In this document: piece by piece, positions 11,895 to 22,800 of the stretch | Position numbering within the stretch: position 1 is the first letter of the stretch | Layout: every line of letters begins with the position of its first letter | Assembly (NCBI GenBank): GCA_950097015.1 | Contig: CATNEN010000039.1 | Span: 2,976,001-3,040,000, forward strand | Direction: 5' to 3' | DNA length: 64,000 nt | Source of the DNA: Macrostomum hystrix | Lineage: Eukaryota; Animalia; Platyhelminthes | Made by a program: the position numbers and the translations under genes | Notes under the pieces: model-generated | The model's input: only the letters and a program-made list of their open reading frames with translations | Told to the model about the DNA's origin: nothing | Database searches by the model: none

Positions 11895-14800
11895 ATGACC
11901 TGCCCTGCCAGCTTCTATGATCTGCGCCAATGGCGCCGCGAGTGTGGCTTCGCCTTGCCAACCACCAGTGAGGACACGGCCAAGCTCTACCACTCCACTC
12001 TGCACCAGTTCGCCAGCCTCACCGACCAGCCCTCGCTGGGCGGCGTGGAGGGCTGCCTCATCCGCCTGGTTGAATCGGAGCCCAGCTTCCTACCTGGCCG
12101 GTTCATGCACGCCTCCTTGCTCCTGCCCAGCCTGGACCGCGACTCGGCGGAATACGCCACAGGCCTGGGACAGCTCGCCGACCTGGTGGACTCCAAGCGA
12201 AGGTTAGGAAGCGGGCCAGACGAAGGAAAGGGGAGGAATAGGGAAGTGGAGATAAAGGGACGAGAAAGAAAAAGCAAATGAAAAATGAAGGAAAGGTAGA
12301 TAAAAGAAAGGAGAGATTAAAGAATGGGAGATAAAGGAAAGGGAAGAGGAGATAAAATGGAATTAAAATGATTTAATTAAAAGGCTTTGTATGATTTCTT
12401 ATGATAAGAATAAGCGGAATGTTGTCAGAGTAAACATATGTGACGAGATTTAAAAAGCAGGTAATGAGAGTGGAGGAGAGAAAGGATAATCACGGTGGGT
12501 ACTTTAGTCAAGGCCAGGAAGCCTGCCGCCCCCACTAATTTCAATCACCTGCACTCTCGGCCCGGTTTAGAGAGGGCTGCCTGACCGAGTGGGAGGAGTC
12601 CACCTGGTCCAACCTGCAGGCAAAGCTCGACGGTGATTGGCTGACGCTGGACAGCCGGTTGGACCGACACCTGCTGACATGGCCGTGCGACTATGCCGCC
12701 TTCCAGACTGCATTCATAACGGCCCTGATGAGCGGCAACGCCAAGCGGATGCGCGACCTAGGTGCCCAGGTCAGTCCACCTGAGTCAAAGTGCTCAGCCG
12801 CATATCCCCTCTGACAGCTGAGATCCCCTCTGGCAGCTGAGATCCCCTCTGACAGCTGAGGTCCCCTCTGACAGCTCAGATCCCCCTGACAGCTGAGAGT
12901 TCTCATATCCCCTCTGGCAGCTGAGATCTCCTCTGACAGCTCAGATCCCCTCTGATGGCTCAGATCCCCTCTGACAGCTCAGATCCCCTCTCACAGCTCA
13001 GATCCCGTCTAACAGCTCAGATCCCCTCTGACCGCTGAGGTCCCCTCTGACAGCTCAGATCCCCCCTGACAGCTGAGAGTTCTCAGATTCCCTCTGACAG
13101 CTAAAAATTCCATACATTTCCCCAGGTGGTGCCACACTACTCCGACTCGAACCTGTTCAAGCCGTTCGCTCTGTCCCGCTACGGTTTCGGGCTGGAGGAG
13201 TGCCGCCAGTATGACCAGGCCACGGAGGCGCTGAACAACTCGCTGTACCTCAACCAGACTGACCCGTGGGCCCACCACTCCATGGCGCACGTGTTCCACT
13301 CCACCGGCCGCTACGCCCAGGGCCTTCGCTACATGACTGACAGCCGTGACACCGGATGGGAGGCCGGGAATCACCTGAAGTGTCACAACACCTGGCACAC
13401 CGCCCTGTTCTACATGAACACCGGACGGCCGGACCGCGCCCTGGATCTGTACGATCAGTTCATGCTAAGCACGCTGACTGAAAGCAAGGCCGCCTTCCCG
13501 GCTTCGGACTGCGTCTCACTGCTGTTCAGACTGCAGGTTGGTGTCGGTTTTCTGGAGGAATCTGCCGACGATTTGGGTGGAATCTGCTCAATAGTTGTTG
13601 AAAAGGATTCTTGACGGTTTGTGTCGCATAGATTAGAAATGGATTGCTCAGTGGAATCTGCCAAAAGTGGTGAGGAATGGCTTGTGGAATCTGCCAAAAG
13701 TGGTGAGGAATGTTGGATGGAATCTGCCAATAATAGTGAGGAGTGTTGGATGGAATCTGCCAATAATAGTGAGGAATGTTGGATGGAATCTGCCAATAAT
13801 AGTGAGGAGTGTTGGATGGAATCTGCCAAAACTAGTGATGAATGGTTTGTGGAATCTGCCAAAAGTGGTGAGGAATGTTGGATGGAATCTGCCAATAATA
13901 GTGAGGAGTGTTGGATTGAATCTGCCAATAATAGTGAGGAATGTTGGATGGAATCTGCCAATAATAGTGAGGAGTGTTGGATGGAATCTGCCAATAATAG
14001 TGAGGAATGCTGGATGGAATCTGCCAAAGGTAGTGAGGAATGGTTTGTGAAATCTGACAAAAAATGGTGCGCAATACTTGATGGAATCTGCCAAATAGTC
14101 ACCAATGCTTGATGGAATCTGACAATTATTGTGAGCAATCCTTAATGGAATCTGACAATAATAGTGAGCAATGCTTGATGGAATCTGACAATAATAGTGA
14201 GCAATGCTTGATGGAATCTGACAATAATAGTGAGCAATGCTTGATGGAATCTGACAATAATAGTGAGCAATGCTTGATAGAATCTGACAATAATAGTGAG
14301 CAATGCTTGATGGAATCTGACAATAATAGTGAGCAATGCTTGATAGAATCTGACAATAATAGTGAGCAATGCTTGATAGAATCTGACAATAATAGTGAGC
14401 AATGCTTGATAGAATCTGACAATAATAGTGAGCAATGCTTAATAGAATCTGACAATAATAGTGAGCAATGCTTGATGGAATCTGACAATAATAGTGAGCA
14501 ATGCTTGATAGAATCTGACAATAATAGTGAGCAAAGCTTGATAGAATCTGACAATAATAGTGAGCAATGCTTGATAGAATCTGACAATAATAGTGAGCAA
14601 TGCTTGATAAAATCTGACAATAATAGTGAGCAATGCTTGATAGAATCTGACAATAATAGTGAGCAATGCTTGATAGAATCTGACAATAATAGTGAGCAAT
14701 GCTTGATGGAATCTGCCAAATAGTGACCAATGCTTGATGGAATCTGACAATAATAGTGAGCAATGCTTGATGGAATCTGACAATAATAGTGAGCAATGCT

Positions 14801-15668
14801 TGATGGAATCTGACAATAATAGTGAGCAATGCTTGATGGAATCTGACAATAATAGTGAGCAATGCTTGATGGAATCTGACAATAATAGTGAGCAATGCTT
14901 GATGGAATCTGACAATAATAGTGAGCAATGCTTGATAGAATCTGACAATAATAGTGAGCAATGCTTGATAGAATCTGACAATAATAGTGAGCAATGCTTG
15001 ATGGAATCTGACAATAATAGTGAGCAATGCTTGATGGAATCTGACAATAATAGTGAAAAATGCTTGATGGAATCTGACAATAATAGTGAAAAATGCTTGA
15101 TGGAATCTGCCGCGACCGCCCTCCGCAGGTTGCAGGCGTCGACGTCGGCAAGCGCTGGTCGGAGCTGTGCGACTCGGCACTGACCGACATGACCGCCAGC
15201 CCGACGGCAGCTGGCGGCCACGAACTGCTGTTCTACGACTTCCACCTGGCCCTGGCTCTGGCCTGCGCCGGCCGCGCCGAGCAGCTGGCCGACTTCTCGG
15301 CGAGGCTGGCCGAGGTCATCAGGCACCGACCGGCCGAGCACCACAGCGTCCGGCTGTGCCGACAAATCGACGATTCGAATAAGAACGGAAACGGCTCGGC
15401 CGGCCTGATGACGGCCCTGCGGCACTACCTGGACGGTGACCACTCCGCCGTCTGCCGACTGCTCTACCCGCTGCGCCACCGAGTCAGCGGCATCGGTGGC
15501 AGTCGGGCGCAGCGTGAGATTTTCACCTGCGTTCTGGCGCAGTCGGCCTACCTGGCCCGCGACTGGCCCGTGCTAGGCAGCGTGCTCTCTGCGTCCAGAG
15601 CCGACCATGCGGACGATGACGCCGTCATGGCCCGCCTGCGCAGTCAGCACCTGCAGCACCAAGACTAA
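11895..15668 (+). CDS. TTC38: Tetratricopeptide repeat protein 38; exons 11895-12202, 12571-12769, 13126-13536, 15129-15668
   Basis: GT-AG junctions join in phase. TTC38 motifs DPWAHHSMAHV, HLKCHNTWHTALF and IGGSRAQREIF are present. Confidence 0.9.
12803..13101. repeat. 19-bp minisatellite (ATCCCCTCTGACAGCTGAG)n in TTC38 intron 2
   Basis: Tandem units read directly. Confidence 0.92.
13650..15110. repeat. 33-bp minisatellite (GGAATCTGACAATAATAGTGAGCAATGCTTGAT)n with two unit subtypes, TTC38 intron 3
   Basis: Tandem array; the subtype switches near 14080. Confidence 0.97.
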
Positions 15669-15689
15669 TTTAGAATTGTCCCTTGAATT

Positions 15690-15920
15690 GCCATTGGAAT
15701 CGCCCAAAAATCATTCGTGAAATCGTTCCAGAAATTGCCATGGAAATCTTTCCTTGAATCGCCATTGGAATCTTTCCTGGCATCGCCATTGGAATCTTTC
15801 CTGGAATCGCCATTGGAATCTTTCCTGGAATCGTCAAAAAATCATGCGTAAAATCGCCGTTTATATTGCCCATACAATTAATTCATCGAATCGTTTCTGG
15901 AATCGCCATTGGAATCGTAT
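15690..15920. repeat. Short 24-bp repeat (GGAATCGCCATTGGAATCTTTCCT)n just downstream of the TTC38 stop
   Basis: About 3 good units plus degenerate ones. Confidence 0.75.
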
Positions 15921-16967
15921 TAACTTGCGTGACACCATGACAATGCTGATCCCAGACTTGTAATAATCCCCTATTCAGATAAACATGTCGTATTGGTTCA
16001 AAATGAGACTTATCCCGAATTAGGCACCTGACTAAAATTCGCCATTCCATTCATAGATTGCATCATTGATCTGAAACACTTAGTTCCGATTCAAAACCGC
16101 CCATATTCATCTCGACTTTTTGCAAGCCGGCTCATTGTGCAATAGTTTTGAATCGGTGCTAATTTTCTTAGAAAAATTCGTGATTTGATTGGCTGTAATT
16201 TCAGCTACTTTTATATTTAGCTACAGTTTGCAGCTTGCTTTTCATTTGTCATCAATTCTGTTTGCTTGGACCTGCTTGGTTGATCAGCGGGTTTCGGTCC
16301 ACTAATTTTTTTAGCTCAGCTTTATATTAGCAAGCCACTACTCTGTGCTCTGGCCTGTGCTTTCACAGGGCCACCCACAACTGCTTAAGTCTCTGGCCAG
16401 GTTTGTTTTTATCACTTGCGCAAGTGCCAGTGCGTATTGATAGCTATTGAAGTGTACTTATAGCCTAAATCTACTCACCTTTTTCTAAGCTCACACACTT
16501 TTCTTTATTTCTGCTGTCAATCATGTCATTTCGGCAGTTTTCTGCCACAGAGCTGGAATAGATGTCCGTTAAATCAAACGGAGTATTTATAAAGACAAGT
16601 GGAGAACATTTGGAATTGTGCAACTTATCAAATCGGAGTTCCGCGAGTGTATTTTCTTCTCATTGTCTCCCGGCTGTTTGTGGAAATTAATTCCACTGTT
16701 TGTGGTTTAGGCTATCAGATACTAATTAGTTGGCGGCTTGCTGGATTCGGTAATGGCAACGGAAGCTTAGGGTTAGAAAAAATCTGGGCCACTCTGTTAG
16801 TCTTTTGCAGCCTTGTTTAGTGTAAATAAGAACAGGCGGGTCGGATTTCGGAGAGAGCAGTTTTGACATTTTTGTAAATTGCAAGTCATTTTTTACAAAA
16901 ATTCGAACTCGCGCCCAAATCAGTATATCGTTTGTGTCAGAGAAAAGGAAACACGTGTCAGAGCCTG

Positions 16968-17789
16968 TCAGTAGACGTAGCGAAACTGGTTCGGTTTGCA
17001 GTAGTTTGGGCAGACCTTCTTTAGGCCGGTTCTGGTGAAGTCGCGATTGCAGTCAGCATGGTGCCGCCTGTTCTCGTAGGCAATGTCGTAAAAAAATTTG
17101 CTGCCATTGGGACGCGGGTTAGTTGGCGCGGACAGAAACAGCCGGCAGTGATTAGGGATCATGGCGACCTTCTTGTACTGGGTGCTGGAGGGGATCACGC
17201 GGCACTCGCTGAATATCATGTCCTGCACTCGCTTGTGGCCGTCCGTTGTGACGCCACCGGGAAACAATTGCTGTTGTTTCCAGTCCTCTTTATCAGTCGT
17301 CATTTCAGTTGTCTGAGGCGGTTTCGGATTTGCGTTCTGATTCTGGTGTTCATTATTTGTATCGTTCAGCTGTCTGTTTAGCTGCGAGGTCGACGCGCTC
17401 TGCATTTCCGCTGCATCCTGAATCTCCGTCTTGCTGCGGCGTCGCTTTGTGTAGCCGCCGACTTTCTTGTCCACCGTTGCCTTGAGCTTGCCCCTGCCGC
17501 CTAAGCCACCTTGGCGTCGGCCGCTGTTTAGCACAAAGTCTAAGAGTGACCGAAGCCGGCGTTTTATCGATCTGGACTTGCGACCTTCCGTCTCGTCCTC
17601 GGCTTTCCTCTCCTGCTCCTCCGGGTCGCAGCTCCTGGTGGCTTGATGGACAGTTGCGCCCTCGGAAATTTCGTCCTGGCTGAATCGCAAGACCTCACGA
17701 TTGACCTCGGTTGTCTCCGACGGCTTCGAAGCCAGCGTCCATCCGCTAATGGAAAGATCTGGCTCTCTGATGTTTTCGAGCCCAGCCAT
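16968..17789 (-). CDS. Uncharacterised intronless ORF of about 273 aa, low-complexity N-terminus and Cys/aromatic C-terminus
   Basis: Long non-repetitive ORF, more GC-rich than its flanks; ATG at 17789 directly after a pyrimidine-rich AG. No family recognised. Confidence 0.5.
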   Translation of the reverse strand: MAGLENIREPDLSISGWTLASKPSETTEVNREVLRFSQDEISEGATVHQATRSCDPEEQERKAEDETEGRKSRSIKRRLRSLLDFVLNSGRRQGGLGGRGKLKATVDKKVGGYTKRRRSKTEIQDAAEMQSASTSQLNRQLNDTNNEHQNQNANPKPPQTTEMTTDKEDWKQQQLFPGGVTTDGHKRVQDMIFSECRVIPSSTQYKKVAMIPNHCRLFLSAPTNPRPNGSKFFYDIAYENRRHHADCNRDFTRTGLKKVCPNYCKPNQFRYVY

Positions 17790-18227
17790 CTTCAAGAAAT
17801 TATCGATCAGGTGTTGATAACGCCTAGAGATGCGAAAACCGAAACTTTTCAGTTAATTAAGACGCATAGGCAGCTGCTTGTGAAGCAGCTCAACTTCTCG
17901 AGCTTATTATTGCTTTTTAAAGTGTAGACGCGACCATAGACAAAACCACGGACTGCTAACTAATTTGAGTGTTTGAGTCTCTTTTGACTGCCATGCACTC
18001 AATATTGTTAGCTGGTTATATACTTGCAACCATGTACAAAAAAATTGTCGAGTTCTAACATTTCAGACTGCTCAATATTGTGACTCACCTATTCAAAGAA
18101 AATTTCGCCAGATTTTGTCTGCAGTTGCAGTTACGAAGGATATTAAATAAAATCAACTATTTCAGCCAAAAACCAGCACACGCAATGGCTCGACGCAAGG
18201 CAATAACAACAGTTCAGCAGGCCTTCA

Positions 18228-18380
18228 GCACAGTGTACAGGGTGTCATTTATCCCTGGCAACTGCTGGAAGGCCAGACAGAAGTGCGGCAGCGAGAGCCG
18301 TCTCGTCATCATAGCGGATGTGGTGGACACCCGGTACAGCAGCCAGTACTTCAGCAAGGGCCAGTCAATATGGCTGGGAG
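18228..18380 (+). pseudogene. Inverted partial copy of the C-type lectin domain at 20340-20520
   Basis: Encodes YRV...NCWKARQKCGSESRLVIIAD..DTRYSSQYFSKGQSIWLG, closely matching YRV...NWWQAKQKCGNESGLVIMAD...DNRYSSQYFSKGQSIWLG; has an internal deletion and lacks both ends. Confidence 0.85.
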
Positions 18381-18689
18381 CTGGTGCTGGGCCGACTGCA
18401 ACCTTAGGGGCCTCTAGGCTCGGTTCTGTCGGGTCAACTGGAAAAACTGCCTCGTTGGCTAGCTGTTCCCATTGAGTTCAGTGCCGTATAAATAAGAAAA
18501 TATTCTGGTAATAATAAAATAAGTATTTTATTACTGGTATTTTATTACTTATTCGCACTCACGCGTGCGGTCAAGTAATTGCAGCTGAAGTCTGTTCGCG
18601 GCTGGAGGACCCGTCGGTCAATGTTTATTGTTTGTGCAGGGTAGGGGCCTGTGCTGAAGAGCGAGCCACGCACGGGGCAGCCCCTCGCC

Positions 18690-18805
18690 CCACACCCCGC
18701 CCCACTACCCCCAGCCCAGCCACCCACCGGCCAATCACGGCGCAGCTGGGGGAGGGGCGAGACAGGGCGGCCCAGCCAACCAGCGCGCAGCAAACACAAT
18801 GGCGG
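18690..18805 (-). repeat. Dispersed GC-rich repeat; inverted relative of 27550-27685
   Basis: Both share CTGCGCGCTG.TTGGCTG...GGGCCGCCCTGTCT...CCGTGATTGGCC.GTG.GTGGCTGGG. Confidence 0.7.
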
Positions 18806-19534
18806 CTAAGCGGCTTACACCGCTGAGCATCTAACACCAAAAACACAAGGTATGCGCAAACACAAGCAGCAGTGCAAGTGCACAGGCACAGCCGTATCGA
18901 GTGCACAAAATTAAAACAAATTACCTTGCAAAATTCTGTCTAGTCAAATAGATTACTAAAATTTACTTGAAATCAGTGATTTAAATAGTTTTTAATTTAT
19001 TTTATAGATTTTTTACTTTTTAAAGCAACTTTTGCAATAAAAAATAGGTTAAGTCACACTAGTTTCAATTTCATTTTTTAAAAGCTCCAATTAAGCTACA
19101 AAAGACGTTGGGTTGACAATATCTTGATTGGGTTGGTGAAGTTTGAAGACGATCGGAATACAAGGATTAAAGTTCAGGAAGCCCTGTTTTTCGTACGAGC
19201 TTGTTGAAAGCTTTGTGAACTGTTCTGCTATTTCATTACTCCGGCCCCTGCGGCGGCATAGACTGCTCGCAGACCAATCTTGCATGTGCGTACTAATGAG
19301 AATGCAGTCTCCAGACATTGTTGACTATGCGTACAATTAACTTTTTTCTCCCTCAACTGCGATCGCAGCGTCCCATTTTATCAGCAAAGTACACCACAAA
19401 AAGTTTCTCTCTTTGTTAAAACTAATTACTAATTAACCTTGCTGCCTGTCTTTATCATTGAAGCTCGTTTATTTGTGAGATTAAAGGAAATATAATCTAA
19501 CGGAATTTTATTGACAAATTGTGTCCTGAGTAGG

Positions 19535-19862
19535 CAAACTGGACCTATTCAAAATCAAACTGGACCTATTCAAAGGAAAACTGGACCTATTCAAAATCAA
19601 ACTGGACCTATTCAAAATCAAACTGGACCTATTCAAAATCAAACTGGACCTATTCAAAGGAAAACTGGACCTTTTCAAAATAAAACTGGACATATTCAAA
19701 ATCAAACTGGACCTATTCAAAGGAAAACTGGACCTTTTCAAAATAAAACTGGACATATTCAAAGGAAAACTGGACCTTTTCAAAATAAAACTGGACCTAT
19801 TCAAAGGAAAACTGGACCTATTCAACATGAAAGTGGACCTATTCAAAAGAAAGCTGGACCAA
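19535..19862. repeat. 21-bp minisatellite (AAACTGGACCTATTCAAAATC)n
   Basis: Tandem units read directly. Confidence 0.93.
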
Positions 19863-20110
19863 TTTAAAAGACCAAAAATAAAAGCTAACATGCGTAAGGC
19901 ACTTTTCTCTTTTGGGCCTACTTTTAGTAGCATTTTTAGTACATTTCAATTTCGCAATTAAAGTACAGCAATCAATCATCCAAACTAGTTAAATTAGTTT
20001 TTCTGAAAATTTTGATGATAAGTGACATGTAGTCGGGTGGATAAAATACAGTATGGTATTTCTAAGCTAGAGGATTGCCTCAGTTTAAAAACCATCACGT
20101 GACTTCAGGC

Positions 20111-20882
20111 TCAGTCAAACGGGGACGCGCACTCGCAGAGGACACCCGCTGGCGTGTAGGGCATCGGGGGTGTTTCAGGAAAATCGTTCAGACCCGGCGA
20201 GCCAAAGTACCTGCCGATTGCAACCTCCTTAGTCAGGAAGTTATCTGGTAGGCCGGAGCTCCAGAGCCCGTTGTCCACGCTGAGGTTGCAGTCGGCCCAC
20301 CACCAGCCTGACTTCGACCTGGGACTCGCTAGATACTGGAAGCCTCCCAGCCAGATGGACTGGCCCTTGCTGAAGTACTGGCTGCTGTACCGGTTGTCAA
20401 TGAAGGCCATCTCGACCGCGTCCGTCATATCCGCCATGATGACCAGACCGCTCTCGTTGCCGCACTTCTGTTTGGCCTGCCACCAGTTGGTGGGGCTGGA
20501 GTACACCCTGTACTTCACTCCGCACAGCTCCTCATCGAAGCCGGACGGGCACAGCCTACCGGGCGGCAGGCCCGACTGTCTTCACGAACAGCGAACCCGT
20601 CCTCGAGCACTTGCACTTTCTCACGGCCTTGCTGCACCTATCAAACACAAACAGCTGGCACGGACCGTCGGCTGTGGTGAAGGCCTGGCAGATATGGCAG
20701 CCGCTGCACTGCAACGAGCAGTCGATTTCAGATGCCGGCGCGCTGCCCATGGGAGTCTGGGTGAAGTCGCTGCTGACGCACCGGCTGCCAGTGACCGCGG
20801 TGAAGGAGGACCTGCAGCGCTGGCCGCCCACTGCAGGCAGCAGTGCGAGCATGAGCACGAAGGCTTTCAGTCCTGCGGCCAT
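20111..20882 (-). CDS. Secreted PAN/apple-like plus C-type lectin domain protein, intronless, interrupted by a 1-nt frameshift near 20560
   Basis: Signal peptide MAAGLKAFVLMLALLPAVGG; Cys-rich CSLQC..C..CQAF...CQL module; CTLD motifs CPSGF, WWQAKQKC, IWLGG, WWWAD, W..G.PDN, LCEC. Removing one C from GCCCGG fuses ORFs 20556-20882 and 20111-20518. Confidence 0.78.
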
Positions 20883-21174
20883 TGTAGTCCGCTACCATGC
20901 GAAACTGCCTTCAGCTTGGCTTTTATTTCCTGCCCAGTAGTCATGGCAACAGCTGGCCGCTTTTGCATTCGATAACTGAGTCTGCTTGGCAACAGTTCCA
21001 CGGCTCCGCTAGTCAATTAAGCTCTTGGAACCATCATCAATTCAGAACCTGCTTAAGGGCATGCTATTTTATTGAGGGGATGTTTTGGAACTCGACTATT
21101 CTATTGACAGTACGAACAACTGTTGAGAACATTAAATTGTGTACTGACTGCAATTTGCTATAATGATTGCTTCT

Positions 21175-21890
21175 CACAAAAATCCAAGCCATTGTGTGTG
21201 ACTCAAAAATCCAAGCCATTGTGTGTGACTCAACAATCCAAGCCATTGTGTGAGTCTCACAATCCAAGCCATTGTGTGAGTCTCACAATCCAAGCCATTG
21301 TGTGTGTCTCAACAATCCAAGCCATTGTGTGAGTCTCAACAATCCAAGCCATTGTGTGAGTCTCAACAATCCAAGCCATTGTGTGAGTCTCAACAATCCA
21401 AGCCATTGTGTGAGTCTCACAATCCAAGCCATTGTGTGAGTCTCACAATCCAAGCCATTGTGTGAGTCTCACAATCCAAGCCATTGTGTGTGTCTCACAA
21501 TCCAAGCCATTGTGTGAGTCTCACAATCCAAGCCATTGTGTGACTCAAAAATCCAAGCCATTGTGTGTGTCTCACAATCCAAGCAATTGTGTGAGTCTCA
21601 CAATCCAAGCCATTGTGTGAGTCTCACAATCCAAGCCATTGTGTGAGTCTCACAATCCAAGCCATTGTGTGAGTCTCACAATCCAAGCCATTGTGAGTCT
21701 CACAATCCAAGCCATTGTGTGAGTCTCACAATCCAAGCCATTGTGTGAGTCTCACAATCCAAGCCATTGTGAGTCTCACAATCCAAGCCATTGTGTGAGT
21801 CTCACAATCCAAGCCATTGTGTGAGTCTCACAATCCAAGCCATTGTGTGAGTCTCACAATCCAAGCCATTGTGTGAGTCTCACAATCCAA
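21175..21890. repeat. 26-bp minisatellite (ACAATCCAAGCCATTGTGTGAGTCTC)n
   Basis: Tandem units read directly. Confidence 0.96.
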
Positions 21891-22800
21891 TGCTAAGCAA
21901 TGTAAAGGATTTCAGTCTGTCAGATAAATTTGTTCAGTTTGAATTTGAGCTAGGAAGGCTTTGCATGGAATTTATTTTTGAATCTGTGGCAAAAGATTTT
22001 ATAACTCACAAGCCACATACTTAAACATGCATGAGAAAAAACAGCTGAAATTTGACAGCTAACAGAAGAAATTGAAGGTAGAGAGGCTAGAAACCCGACA
22101 AGCAGAAATTTCAGATAAAGGAAAAGTTGCGCAACGAAGCAAGCTGTTGTGACAAATAGTCCGCCAAATATACGTATGCGGCACAAACTACTGTCAGTAA
22201 TGCAGAGCGTAAACATTTCTTAGAATAAGGCTAATGCAGACAAACATAGAGTAAAATATGTATCTTAGGACAAGTGCACTTCAAAATCTCTGGCAGAAGA
22301 GTAAAAACCACACGATAAAACTTGTTTGATTGAAAGCAGAGAAGAAATCTTTGGCCTATAATATATTATTCAAAAGTCAAAATAAGTCACAGAAAATCAT
22401 AAAGTTGGAATAACAGTTTTTTACCACAGTGCAAGGACACAGCCAAGTCAGCGGGGTAGCTGGCCAATCGTAAAAATTTAAAGGGACATTGTGTGCAACA
22501 ACAAAATTTTCATGGGGCAGGTAGTGAAATGATCTGCGATTTGAACAGAACACACGGAATACTGAAGTGGAACAAGAGAACAGAAAAAAATAGAAAATTA
22601 ATTTGACACAGCTCAAGCAAAAAAAGGTAGAATTAAGCACAAAATAACTCGGAAGACATTTTGCTGTAACTAAACAAGCATTCCTGTGTGGCACTGAGGC
22701 GCAATAAACTAATCAATATAAGTCTAAATTTAAAACCATAAAAATTCATTATTTTTTAACTTGTTTATAAAAGCTCACGACTGAAACAATGCAATTAATC

